NCBI RefSeq assembly: GCF_058153355.1
Contig: NZ_CM177019.1
DNA length: 64,000 nt
Reading direction: 5' to 3' (one strand)
The notes below the pieces were generated by a model. That model did not search any database, had not been told where the DNA came from, and saw only the letters and a program-made list of their open reading frames with translations. The first letter of the stretch is position 1, and each line of letters starts with the position of its first letter. The position numbers were made by a program, and so were the translations under genes. Of this stretch, positions 54,022 to 62,698 are shown one piece after another.

Positions 54022-55331
54022 TCAGATGAGGTCTGCGGTTAGCGTATCGTCGGATACGTCGTCGAAATCATTTATAGGGTTGATATTGAGTGCGGGGCGT
54101 GGGTCTGACTCGGGAACGACGGTGGGTTTACCATCAGCTCGTGTTATCAGTGCCTCGACTTTTGACCAACGGCGCGGACTGGCCTTTTTGATAAGTTTTT
54201 CGGCTTTTGTGGGGCTAATAAGTTTAAAGTCGAATACTTCTTCAGTTTTGTACCTGAACTGGTCCTTCAGAAGTGCGCGAGCTGCCTCTTCATCACTCCA
54301 GGCCCGGTTACCTTGTTTTCCTGTTACCAGTTTAAACCCCGGTACCGGATGTCCGGCATTGAGTTCATTGTGAACCCGGTCCCGTACTGCCTTTAGCCAG
54401 GATTCAATAAAGTCGGCCTGACTATAGATCTCCGCAAGCTGCTCAATGGTTAACAGAGGTACACGTGCGCTGGCATTGGTGATTATTTCGCTGACAGGCT
54501 TTGTCAGATCTTCAAAGTCGCTGGCCGCTGTTTGTAAATGCTGCATTTTCTGGGCAGTGCAAATAGCTTTTGCTTTACAGAAGCGGCACTGTTTTTCTCC
54601 AGGTATGAAGTTTTCCAGCGGTAGTGTCTCAATGCCTTCGCATTCAGCAATATTGAGAACAAGGATCGCACTGGTTGCGGCCTCCTGTGCCCGTTCACCG
54701 AAAGACTGAAGTTCCTGTACGGTTAACGACCATTCTGAAACGTGGTTGAGCCTTGGCTGGTGAATAAATAATCTTACAGTCTCAAAGTCATACAGCATGC
54801 TGAATTGTTCGAGCGCACCCAGAGCATACAGTTGTAGTTGCTCATTTTGTTCTGCATCAATGCGGACGCCTTTGCCATATTTCAGGTCGTGGATTTGTAA
54901 TTCGTTACCAGCGATGATTATGCCGTCGGCAGTTCCGAAAGATTCTTCCACCCCCGTTATATGTGAGAAATCAACACGTTGTTCAACCAATAGTTCATTA
55001 TTCTGTGCAAGAGTCCAGACCGTATCAACATACCGGCCAACGGCTTCGACCATTTCATCATCCACCTGTGGGCCAGATGTATCATCAGGATTTTCGCGAA
55101 GGGGGTATGAGCCGAGAAACATAGAAACATAGAAACATTGCATCCGGCGTAGTGTTCCGGGTGGCTTTGCCTGTTTCGTAGAACTTTTTCAGCAAGCGCG
55201 TGCGCTGCAGTGCCCTCGATTGCAAAAGTTGTTTCTTTATCCGGTTGTGTGGCCTCCAGCGCCAGACTTCCTGGGCAGCGCATCCATCGATGCGCTGATG
55301 ATGGAGAAAGTTGTGCGTGAACGTCTGGCAT
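54022..55331 (-). pseudogene. DUF2800-like PD-(D/E)XK nuclease (Cas4-like), frameshifted
   Basis: N-terminal part (from 55331) [15 protein letters not shown] and body (to 54022) with DLKYGKG and C-terminal Cys cluster lie in different frames, switching at the 8-mer repeat. Confidence 0.7.
55115..55138. repeat. Tandem repeat (AGAAACAT)x3
   Basis: Three perfect head-to-tail 8-bp copies at the frame switch in the DUF2800-like gene. Confidence 0.9.
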
Positions 55332-55333
55332 GA

Positions 55334-56236
55334 TTAACCCTCCAGTGCTTTTTCAGCCAGGGTGATTACTTCAGCGAGATTTTCATCCGTTACTTCACCA
55401 AGTTTCCTGGCTCCCTGTTTTTCCAGAATTGCAATAGCTTCTGCCCGGTAGCCCCCTTTTGCTAACTGGAGGATCAACCCTTCAGCTTGTTTGCGTAGTG
55501 CCGCGAAATCAATTGTATGGTCATCTTTGGCGTCATTATTCTGGCTGGAATTTGCTGCGTCTCTGCGTGCAAATTCTTCCTGCAGCTGAAGGTACTCAAC
55601 ACGGTTGATCTCGATATGGCCTTTTTTAAGCATCTCGTTCAACTTGCGTAAGGTGTGGAGTTCACTGGCTGCTGTGCCGGATACATTTTTGACGTAAAAC
55701 GGCCCCGTGCGTTCTCCATCTTTGTTACTGGCCTTTTTCGGCTTAACTTCATCACGCCCATCTGCAGGTGCATCAAGTAGCTGCTCGGCAAAAGCACGTC
55801 GCTCGCCGATGGTTGGCAGGTCGTCCCAGAACTTAAGGATGTTACGGGACAGGTCCAGGAGAGCAGGTTTAAGCAGCGCCCTGGCTCGTTTGACGCCCTG
55901 CAATGCGCTGTCGAGAGCATCAATCTGAACTACTCGTTTATCGCCTTCAGCATCACGGTAGGCAACAGCACGTTGCAGCATGTCTTCTGTGATAGGGGTG
56001 GCTACCGGGTAGAAACCAGCCAGTGCGATAACATCGCTGAACTCCAGATCATCCAGTGTCATTGCCGCTGACATGTTTTCAGCTTCAGTTGCTGTATCCC
56101 GACATTCCTGCACTCGTGAAATCGTGTCAGGATGCATAACAATACCTGATGCCATTGTGCGGATAAGACGTTCAAGCAGCGCATTATGTTGTGCCAGAAG
56201 TTGATTATTAAGTTCTAGACTGGTTTCTAAACTCAT
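55334..56236 (-). CDS. Hypothetical phage early protein
   Basis: 300-aa ORF, helical and acidic, no recognised motif; start overlaps upstream small ORF stop. Confidence 0.5.
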   Translation of the reverse strand: MSLETSLELNNQLLAQHNALLERLIRTMASGIVMHPDTISRVQECRDTATEAENMSAAMTLDDLEFSDVIALAGFYPVATPITEDMLQRAVAYRDAEGDKRVVQIDALDSALQGVKRARALLKPALLDLSRNILKFWDDLPTIGERRAFAEQLLDAPADGRDEVKPKKASNKDGERTGPFYVKNVSGTAASELHTLRKLNEMLKKGHIEINRVEYLQLQEEFARRDAANSSQNNDAKDDHTIDFAALRKQAEGLILQLAKGGYRAEAIAILEKQGARKLGEVTDENLAEVITLAEKALEG

Positions 56237-56382
56237 ACTGTGGTCCTCGCTACAAGGAGAATGAAAGTGATGATCAGACCGAGCGCAGTGGCAACGGCCA
56301 GACCGGTCATCAAATCGAAGTTTTTACGGCGATAACGGAGAACATCGCGCCCCGTCAGTCGATGGATGTGTTCAGGTTTCAT
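56233..56382 (-). CDS. Hypothetical small membrane protein (49 aa)
   Basis: Unlisted [60 protein letters not shown]; single TM helix; ATGA overlap with next gene. Confidence 0.4.
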   Translation of the reverse strand: MKPEHIHRLTGRDVLRYRRKNFDLMTGLAVATALGLIITFILLVARTTV

Positions 56383-56498
56383 CGGTTGTATTCCTTTTTT
56401 CATATCGGGGAGCGCGCTGTTGCGAGTGCGCTTTCAGACATAAAAAAGCCCGTCACTTGCGGCGGGCAAAGACTACACACAGCAATTACATGGATGAT

Positions 56499-56693
56499 TC
56501 AGTTGGTATTGTGCGTACGTGGTACCACAAGGTTGAAGCGGACACGCCAGTGCGTTGCAATGGTATGCAGGAAAGCACCACATCCAGGGCAGTGCTCATA
56601 ACATTCGTTGATTTGGTATCGTTTTGGCTTTGGTGTCTGAAGCTGTGTTTGGCAAGCAGGGCATTCACCTTTGAGCGGTTTATACGTTTTCAC
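56499..56693 (-). CDS. Hypothetical zinc-ribbon protein
   Basis: 64-aa ORF with CPAC...CPGC pairs; GAGGAAA SD; first gene of leftward early operon. Confidence 0.45.
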   Translation of the reverse strand: MKTYKPLKGECPACQTQLQTPKPKRYQINECYEHCPGCGAFLHTIATHWRVRFNLVVPRTHNTN

Positions 56694-56859
56694 GCCGTTT
56701 CCTCATTCAGTTCACTTTGGTGGTTCGGCGGCTTCGACTTGTATCAGTAGACAGTGCTTCGCCGCACCCCAAAGGGAACTTACTGACCCGTATTGCCGAC
56801 ATCCTGTCCCGCCACGGTCCCGACGCATGGTTTAGAGTCGCGCCGTTCGACTTGTGGTT

Positions 56860-56940
56860 TAAATATCTGTGTATAGATATCTTAACCTAACGCATATAGT
56901 TAAGACCTCTAAACTCACAAAGTCAAGTGTTGTAGTTAAG
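56860..56940. promoter_or_regulatory. Putative left operator/promoter region
   Basis: CTTAAC-N12-GTTAAG inverted repeat (56871-56894) and further GTTAAG at 56935; same half-site as in the cI-cro intergenic region. Confidence 0.4.
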
Positions 56941-56963
56941 AAAAGTGAACTTTTTCGGATAGG

Positions 56964-56991
56964 TAAAGAAAAGCCCGCTTAGGAAGCGGGC
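56964..56991 (-). terminator. Intrinsic terminator downstream of repressor gene
   Basis: Minus strand GCCCGCTTCC-TAAG-CGGGC followed by TTTTCTTT, immediately after cI stop. Confidence 0.7.
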
Positions 56992-57015
56992 ATGTGGTAT
57001 AGAGTGAATTTACGC

Positions 57016-57708
57016 TCAGAGCAGAACGGAGTACCAAAATACTTGGCCTATAATCCTGATTTTATTAGCCTCTTGATTAAAATACTCTTCGTCTGCGTAT
57101 TCATCCCTATTGAAAGAGCGTATCCGGAGTCCGCTTGGGAGACGGTACAATAGTTTGACACGAAGTAATCCGTCTTGGTCTATAGCGTACATTTGACCAT
57201 CTTTTACACCTGTTTTTGATGTATCTATGCCGACGACAGCGCCATCCGGTAATACCGGTTCCATGCTGTTGCCGTGGATGCTGACACAAGCCGCACAATT
57301 TACGTCAACACCTGCTTTGCGCAACGTTGAACGGGCGAATCTTAACTTACATCCCATTCGATCTATATCAACATAAGTACCATTACCGGCAGATAGTTCA
57401 ATTTCCTGATAGAACGGTATTTCCACTTCATCATCCTCTAATGGCGTTGATGAGTCCCATACAGAAAACCCCCCTTCAACTTGTGCATTAGAATGTATTT
57501 CTTTGGTATCGCTTGTTTTGCCTGAAAGTAGCCACTCTGGAGAAACGTTCAATGCTTCGGCCAGATTTATAAGATTTTTCCCGTTAGGTGTAGTGTTTCC
57601 GGATTCCCATTGTGAAATCGTGGCTTTAGTTAGACCAATACGTTTAGCAAGCGCATCCTGCGTTAGGTGGACATTGCGACGAGCCTCGCGAATACGATCA
57701 TTAATCAT
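57016..57708 (-). CDS. cI: CI-type phage repressor (HTH + S24 LexA-like peptidase)
   Basis: 230-aa ORF; N-terminal LTQDALAKRIGLTKATISQWESG HTH; C-terminal S24 autopeptidase-like domain. Confidence 0.85.
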   Translation of the reverse strand: MINDRIREARRNVHLTQDALAKRIGLTKATISQWESGNTTPNGKNLINLAEALNVSPEWLLSGKTSDTKEIHSNAQVEGGFSVWDSSTPLEDDEVEIPFYQEIELSAGNGTYVDIDRMGCKLRFARSTLRKAGVDVNCAACVSIHGNSMEPVLPDGAVVGIDTSKTGVKDGQMYAIDQDGLLRVKLLYRLPSGLRIRSFNRDEYADEEYFNQEANKIRIIGQVFWYSVLL

Positions 57709-57821
57709 GGTTTTACCCTCATATAGTTTAGTTAGCTTAACTTAATCAGGGTATCGCTTTCTTGACTTATTGGTTTAGCTTTCTTAACCTCATATAACCA
57801 TATATTTCCTGGGTAACGGTT
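57709..57821. promoter_or_regulatory. Divergent promoter/operator region between cI and cro
   Basis: Rightward TTGACT (57772-57777) and TATAAC (57793-57798); repeated CTTAAC(C) half-sites at 57736 and 57783. Confidence 0.55.
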
Positions 57822-58004
57822 ATGAAAAAAGCAGAAGCAATTGAGCTTGCAGGAAGTAAAGCGAAACTAGCGAGACTATTGAAGGTTTCCAAAGGAGCCG
57901 TATCTCAATGGGGGGAGGAAATTCCAGAGCTAAGAGCTCTTCAACTTGAAAAGATTTTGGAGCAAAAAAATGTAGTCAAACAAAAAGGCGTAACCCATGT
58001 CTGA
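57822..58004 (+). CDS. cro: Cro-like HTH regulator
   Basis: 60-aa ORF with LAGSKAKLARLLKVSKGAVSQW HTH, divergent from cI. Confidence 0.65.
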   Translation: MKKAEAIELAGSKAKLARLLKVSKGAVSQWGEEIPELRALQLEKILEQKNVVKQKGVTHV

Positions 58005-60261
58005 TAACAAACCATGGGGAGCTACGCCCGATGAGTGGTTCCACTTCGATCTGGTGTTGGGGATGACAGACAGGCTTTTACCTGTGGTGTCCAATCCCTG
58101 TGCAGAACTGTCGCCTAATAGCAAGCTGTCTCATAATTTCGGCAAAACTCCCTGTTGCTACAATGGTCAACGTAAGGTTGTTGGTATCCCCGACTGGGCT
58201 AACTATGTTGTTACGGAAAACGATTTTGCCCGGTGGTCGAACGAACCCGATTACGGTATTTGCGTTCGTACTGGCGACGGGGTGGTGGCTCTGGACTGCG
58301 ATATCAATGACGCCGGGATGCAGGAGATCGTACGCAATATTATCCTGTCATGCCTGGGGGAACTTCCGCCACGTCGCTGGCGGGCTGACAGTCATAAATG
58401 CCTGTACCTGATTGCTGTTGATGGCGACTACCGTAAACGTGGTCACCGCCTGGAAGGCGAAAATAAACAAATAGAGCTGCTCGCTAAGGGCCAGCAGTTT
58501 GTGGCTTGTGGTACCCATCCGGCAGGCGAACGTATTCAGTGGGACTGCGGTTTGCCCGGCGAACCTCTGAAAATTACATCTGAACAGCTCGAAAGCCTGT
58601 GGCAGCGCCTGGCGGATAACTTACCCGTGAAAGACAGCTATACCGCAGGTGCGGGACGTCAGCGTGACCTTTCCTGTGTCGATCCTTCCGCGACAGATGA
58701 TGTCGCCGACTGGCTTGACGCGAACGGGTGGACTCTGTCGGTCAGCTCTGATGGTTCCCGCAATCTGAAACCGTTTCGGGATGAGTCAGAATACAGCAAC
58801 GGTTGCAGCGAAACATCCATTAAGTATTTCCCAAAAGGGACGGGGGGATTTGAACAGGGACATTTTAAAAGCATGCACAACACCGATGCGGGGCTTACTG
58901 ATGCCGACTGGCTGGAAGGCTACGGCTATACGCAATCTCTGTTCGAAGATCTCACGGTGGCTGAAGATGGCGATAAGCCTGAATTTACCGATATTAATAC
59001 AGATATGACAGCCCATTTTCTGGAACGCTTTATCTACGTCATCGAGGGTGACCAGGTATGTGATCTTAGCCGACCGCCATATCAGTGCATGATGGATATG
59101 AAGTCGTTCAAAAACCTGATGGCGCCTTACCAGTTCCCGCCAGAAGGGAAAGGGCAACCAGTCCCCGCAACCAAACGGTGGATAGAGCATCGGCATAAGA
59201 AGATTGCTGAGACGACAGGCTATAAGCCCGGTGCGGGACGTATTATCGAGCGTTTCGACGGGCGGTTTGAAATAAACGAATTTTATATGCCTGAACATCC
59301 ACGTACAGCGGATACAAGTAAGGTGTCCACGTTCCTTAATCATATGGCGTATCTGGTACCTGATGCCTGGCAGCGCGAGTTTTTCATCGCCCGTCTGGGA
59401 TGGATGGTTCAGCGTCCGGAGCGTCGATGCCCGATTTCTATTCTGCATGTGGCTACCGCACATGGTACGGGCAGAGGATGGGTCAGCCAGTTAATGGAGC
59501 GTGTGCTTGGTCCGTGGAACTGTGCTCGTACTCGCATGAAGATCCTGTGCGATAACCAGTTCCATGACTATCTGTACAATACGCTTCTATGCACCATTGA
59601 CGAGGTGCGCGAAAACGATAAGCGGTATGAGGTGAACGATAAGATCCGTGACGTGCTGACAGAACCACGGTTTGAAGTGAACCGCAAATATGGCAGCAAA
59701 AAAACGATGGATATATACACTGGCTTTCTGTTCTACACCAACCACTTTGATGCGCTGGCGCTGCCAGAGGAAGACAGACGTATCGCTGTGCTGGGGGGGC
59801 CTGACTTCGCCGCAACTGAAGAGCATTACGCCAGCCTGTACGGTGCGCTAAGCGACAGCGACTTTATCGCCCAGGTGTACTGGTATCTGATGGGTGTTGA
59901 CCTGTCTCGCTTTAACTGGCAGCGCGCCCCCGAGACGAAAGAACGCTTTCTGATGATTGAAAGCAATAAGAGCGATGTGGAGGCTGCTCTTATTGAAATC
60001 CTGGATAATCCGCCTGTGCCAGCAATGACTTATCAACAAATTGTTAACGCAATACTGGCAGAAGCAGGAATGGATGTAGAAATTAACCAGAAGCACATAA
60101 CAAAGCTATTGCGAGAAAAAACAAAAAGACAGCCAACAGATTTAGTAAAAATTGACGGAATGGGTTATCGCTTCTGGATACTTGCAAAAAATTGCGACTT
60201 CAATAATGAGGAATTGCGCGAAATATATAAAACTTGCGAAATTTTGCAATCTGGATTGTAA
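57997..60261 (+). CDS. Bifunctional primase-polymerase (PrimPol) fused to C-terminal NTPase/helicase-like domain
   Basis: 754-aa ORF; N-terminal PrimPol-like region; Walker B-like LLCTIDEV; start overlaps cro stop. Confidence 0.75.
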   Translation: MSDNKPWGATPDEWFHFDLVLGMTDRLLPVVSNPCAELSPNSKLSHNFGKTPCCYNGQRKVVGIPDWANYVVTENDFARWSNEPDYGICVRTGDGVVALDCDINDAGMQEIVRNIILSCLGELPPRRWRADSHKCLYLIAVDGDYRKRGHRLEGENKQIELLAKGQQFVACGTHPAGERIQWDCGLPGEPLKITSEQLESLWQRLADNLPVKDSYTAGAGRQRDLSCVDPSATDDVADWLDANGWTLSVSSDGSRNLKPFRDESEYSNGCSETSIKYFPKGTGGFEQGHFKSMHNTDAGLTDADWLEGYGYTQSLFEDLTVAEDGDKPEFTDINTDMTAHFLERFIYVIEGDQVCDLSRPPYQCMMDMKSFKNLMAPYQFPPEGKGQPVPATKRWIEHRHKKIAETTGYKPGAGRIIERFDGRFEINEFYMPEHPRTADTSKVSTFLNHMAYLVPDAWQREFFIARLGWMVQRPERRCPISILHVATAHGTGRGWVSQLMERVLGPWNCARTRMKILCDNQFHDYLYNTLLCTIDEVRENDKRYEVNDKIRDVLTEPRFEVNRKYGSKKTMDIYTGFLFYTNHFDALALPEEDRRIAVLGGPDFAATEEHYASLYGALSDSDFIAQVYWYLMGVDLSRFNWQRAPETKERFLMIESNKSDVEAALIEILDNPPVPAMTYQQIVNAILAEAGMDVEINQKHITKLLREKTKRQPTDLVKIDGMGYRFWILAKNCDFNNEELREIYKTCEILQSGL

Positions 60262-60530
60262 AAAGGTAACAGTAAGGTAACAGTAAAACGACTAACTGTT
60301 ACCTTGAAAATATCAATAAATTCACATGGATAGCTAAAAAAGGTAACAGGTAACAGTAGTATTTAGTTTATATACGCGAGACTTTATATTATACGTGCTA
60401 TACCTGCACATACGTATATAGAACTAAAAGCAACTGTTACCTGTTACCCAAAACGGGGTTAAGCCTTATGTGGCACGCCCTACAGGAGGTAACAGTTAGC
60501 TATTTATCTGTTACCTTACTGTTACCTCAA
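60262..60530. repeat. Iteron array, putative phage origin of replication
   Basis: Ten copies of GGTAACAG (five per orientation, several as tandem pairs) flanking an AT-rich core at 60361-60420. Confidence 0.75.
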
Positions 60531-60577
60531 CAATAAACTTGCAGAAAACTGCAAATAGCTAAGTGGAGTAAACAAAC

Positions 60578-60997
60578 ATGCAAAAAATACAAGTTTCAAA
60601 AATGATAGAAAATGAAACAGCGGAACCGGGAGAAGCATCCACGGCCATACGTTCAGTGGAAGCCGAGACAACCCGAAGGTTTTGGGTCGTAGAGCCCATT
60701 ATTGACAGGGATCAGACTCCCGCAGGTGAGGTTTTTTGGTTCCGCAGGGTGATTGCCTGGGCTGTTGTTCTTGAGCAACTGGAGGGTTTCTCACCGGTTT
60801 CTGCGGTACGTCCGCTTGCTCTGGATAGCGATCTGGGTCAACTGGAGGTTTCCCACGGCAACGTTGTTGAGCTGGAAGATATTCCAAAGGGCGCGACACA
60901 CACTTCCCCGGAGAAAATAGCATCTCGCAAACTGCCTGATGGGTTAGAGATGTCGTTAGACCTTGCGGTAAACGAGTTCTTCTTCCCTGTTGGGTGA
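60578..60997 (+). CDS. Hypothetical phage protein
   Basis: 139-aa ORF between origin and Q gene; no recognised motif. Confidence 0.4.
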   Translation: MQKIQVSKMIENETAEPGEASTAIRSVEAETTRRFWVVEPIIDRDQTPAGEVFWFRRVIAWAVVLEQLEGFSPVSAVRPLALDSDLGQLEVSHGNVVELEDIPKGATHTSPEKIASRKLPDGLEMSLDLAVNEFFFPVG

Positions 60998-61045
60998 TAA
61001 TCTTAGAAAAGTTTTTCCGTAACAAAACGTAGAGAGCAGATAACT

Positions 61046-61468
61046 ATGCGCAGAGATATGCAACTTGTTCTGGAGCGGTGGGGGCGATGGGCCGCGAGCG
61101 AGGAATACTGTTCAATGGTTGACTGGCCTTCGATGTCGGTGATGCCTCAACGCGTAACCGCCAGTGGCAAACCCGGTTGCTCCGACGAGGACGGAGCCGC
61201 AATTGACACCTGCATCGCCCACATGAGCATGGTGTGTCCGCATGACGACTTGCTGGTTCTTGGCCTACGTTTCATCGGCGGCTTTTCTACGCGCTCAATC
61301 GCTGAATCTGTGAATCGTAGCCACCTTAGCGTCAGAACATCGCTTAGAGCGTCAGAGGCATTTCTTGAGGGAGCGCTGGTGCTCCAGGGAATTCGACTGG
61401 ATATGGACCCTGAAGTTGCTTTACCTGAAAAGGTTGTGTGCGCACAAAAACATGTGCTATGGTTGTAG
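61046..61468 (+). CDS. Q-like late-gene antiterminator
   Basis: 140-aa ORF MRRDMQLVLERWGRWAA... resembling prophage Q N-termini; located just before lysis cassette. Confidence 0.65.
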   Translation: MRRDMQLVLERWGRWAASEEYCSMVDWPSMSVMPQRVTASGKPGCSDEDGAAIDTCIAHMSMVCPHDDLLVLGLRFIGGFSTRSIAESVNRSHLSVRTSLRASEAFLEGALVLQGIRLDMDPEVALPEKVVCAQKHVLWL

Positions 61469-61497
61469 CATCTAGAATTGTATTCTACGTTCTGAAA

Positions 61498-61521
61498 GGC
61501 TCCCGCAAGGGGGCCTTTTTT
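61498..61521 (+). terminator. Intrinsic terminator after Q gene
   Basis: GGCTCCC-GCAA-GGGGGCC followed by TTTTTT. Confidence 0.7.
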
Positions 61522-61751
61522 AATGCTCTATTCTCAGTAAAAGTTAATAAAACAGGGTTTTCGTCGCGAAAAAACGCTATGCATTTTTTGCCCTTTTTTA
61601 TGCACCTTTTATTCACTCGAATTTCGTCATTCTGGACCACTTAAGTTGATTAAATAGGCCTTTCATCGCAAATCTATTGCGAGCGGTGATCGTGTGGTTC
61701 CTATAACGTACATTATGTTAAATAACTTCCTTTTTTTAACAAATTTAACAA

Positions 61752-61775
61752 GGTTCGCTATGGCGAACTTTTTTT
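61752..61775 (+). terminator. Intrinsic terminator upstream of lysis genes (tR'-like)
   Basis: GGTTCGC-TATG-GCGAAC followed by TTTTTTT. Confidence 0.7.
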
Positions 61776-61876
61776 GTATTCAGGGCCCACCGAAGGACGG
61801 CTCATAACCCAATCCTACGGGCGTATACGCAGGGCCCGCCTTTCAACAACACCCCGTAATGGCGGAGGTGGGAAGT

Positions 61877-62218
61877 ATGAAAATGCACAATGCTCCTCAT
61901 TCCTGGCCTGGCTTACTGGAACTCTTACAAAGTTGGTGGCGTGGAGATACGCCGTTGGGCGCAGTGGTTATGTCAATTGTTATGGCTGGTTTGCGCATCG
62001 CCTATTTTGGCGGTGGCGGCGGCTGGAAACGAAAAACGCTCGAGATTTTGCTCTGTGGCGCTCTGACGCTGACTTTTGCATCCGCTCTTGAGTATGTCGG
62101 ATGGCCTAAATCACTTTCTGTTGCCATTGGTGGTGGTGTTGGGCTGATCGGTGTCGATGCTATTCGTGGGGCTGCAATGCGAGTAATCGGTAACAAGTTT
62201 GGTGGCTCTAAGGAGTAA
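61877..62218 (+). CDS. Putative holin (three TM segments, MKM dual-start motif)
   Basis: ORF 61859..62218 trimmed to MKMHN after GGAGG SD; three hydrophobic segments; directly upstream of endolysin. Confidence 0.55.
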   Translation: MKMHNAPHSWPGLLELLQSWWRGDTPLGAVVMSIVMAGLRIAYFGGGGGWKRKTLEILLCGALTLTFASALEYVGWPKSLSVAIGGGVGLIGVDAIRGAAMRVIGNKFGGSKE

Positions 62219-62221
62219 TTC

Positions 62222-62698
62222 ATGCAGACACTAAATTCCCAACGTAAAGCTTTCCTGGATATGGTGGCCTGGTCAGAAGGAACGGATAACGGGCGACAAC
62301 CGACACGTAATCACGGTTATGACGTTATCGTCGGAGGTGAGTTGTTCACTGATTACTCCGATCACCCTCGCAAACTTGTCACGCTAAACCCGAAGCTTAA
62401 ATCAACAGCCGCAGGCCGGTATCAGCTTCTTTCACGCTGGTGGGATGCCTACCGCAAGCAGCTTGGCCTGAAAGATTTTTCGCCAGAAAGTCAGGACGCT
62501 GTGGCGCTGCAGCAGATTAAAGAGCGTGGCGCTTTACCGATGATTGACCGTGGCGATATTCGTCAGGCAATCGACCGTTGCAGCAATATCTGGGCGTCGT
62601 TACCTGGTGCAGGTTACGGTCAGTATGAACATAAAATCGGTGACCTGATTTCCAGGTTTAAAGATGCTGGTGGGGTGGTAAATGAAGCTGACTTATAA
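62222..62698 (+). CDS. R: Lambda R-type endolysin (lytic transglycosylase)
   Basis: 158-aa ORF; QRKAFLDMVAWSEGTDNGRQPTRNHGYDVIVGGELFTDYSDHP is near-identical to recalled lambda R. Confidence 0.92.
   Translation: MQTLNSQRKAFLDMVAWSEGTDNGRQPTRNHGYDVIVGGELFTDYSDHPRKLVTLNPKLKSTAAGRYQLLSRWWDAYRKQLGLKDFSPESQDAVALQQIKERGALPMIDRGDIRQAIDRCSNIWASLPGAGYGQYEHKIGDLISRFKDAGGVVNEADL

Noticed and set aside
55115-55138. Programmed ribosomal frameshift site in the DUF2800-like gene
   Set aside because: No slippery heptamer or downstream structure was recognised; a simple 8-bp repeat-unit gain explains the frame change, though phase variation remains possible.
60262-60530. Short repeats that could be mistaken for a CRISPR array
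   Set aside because: Units are only 8 bp, occur in both orientations with irregular spacing and no unique spacers, and no cas genes are adjacent; an iteron origin fits better.
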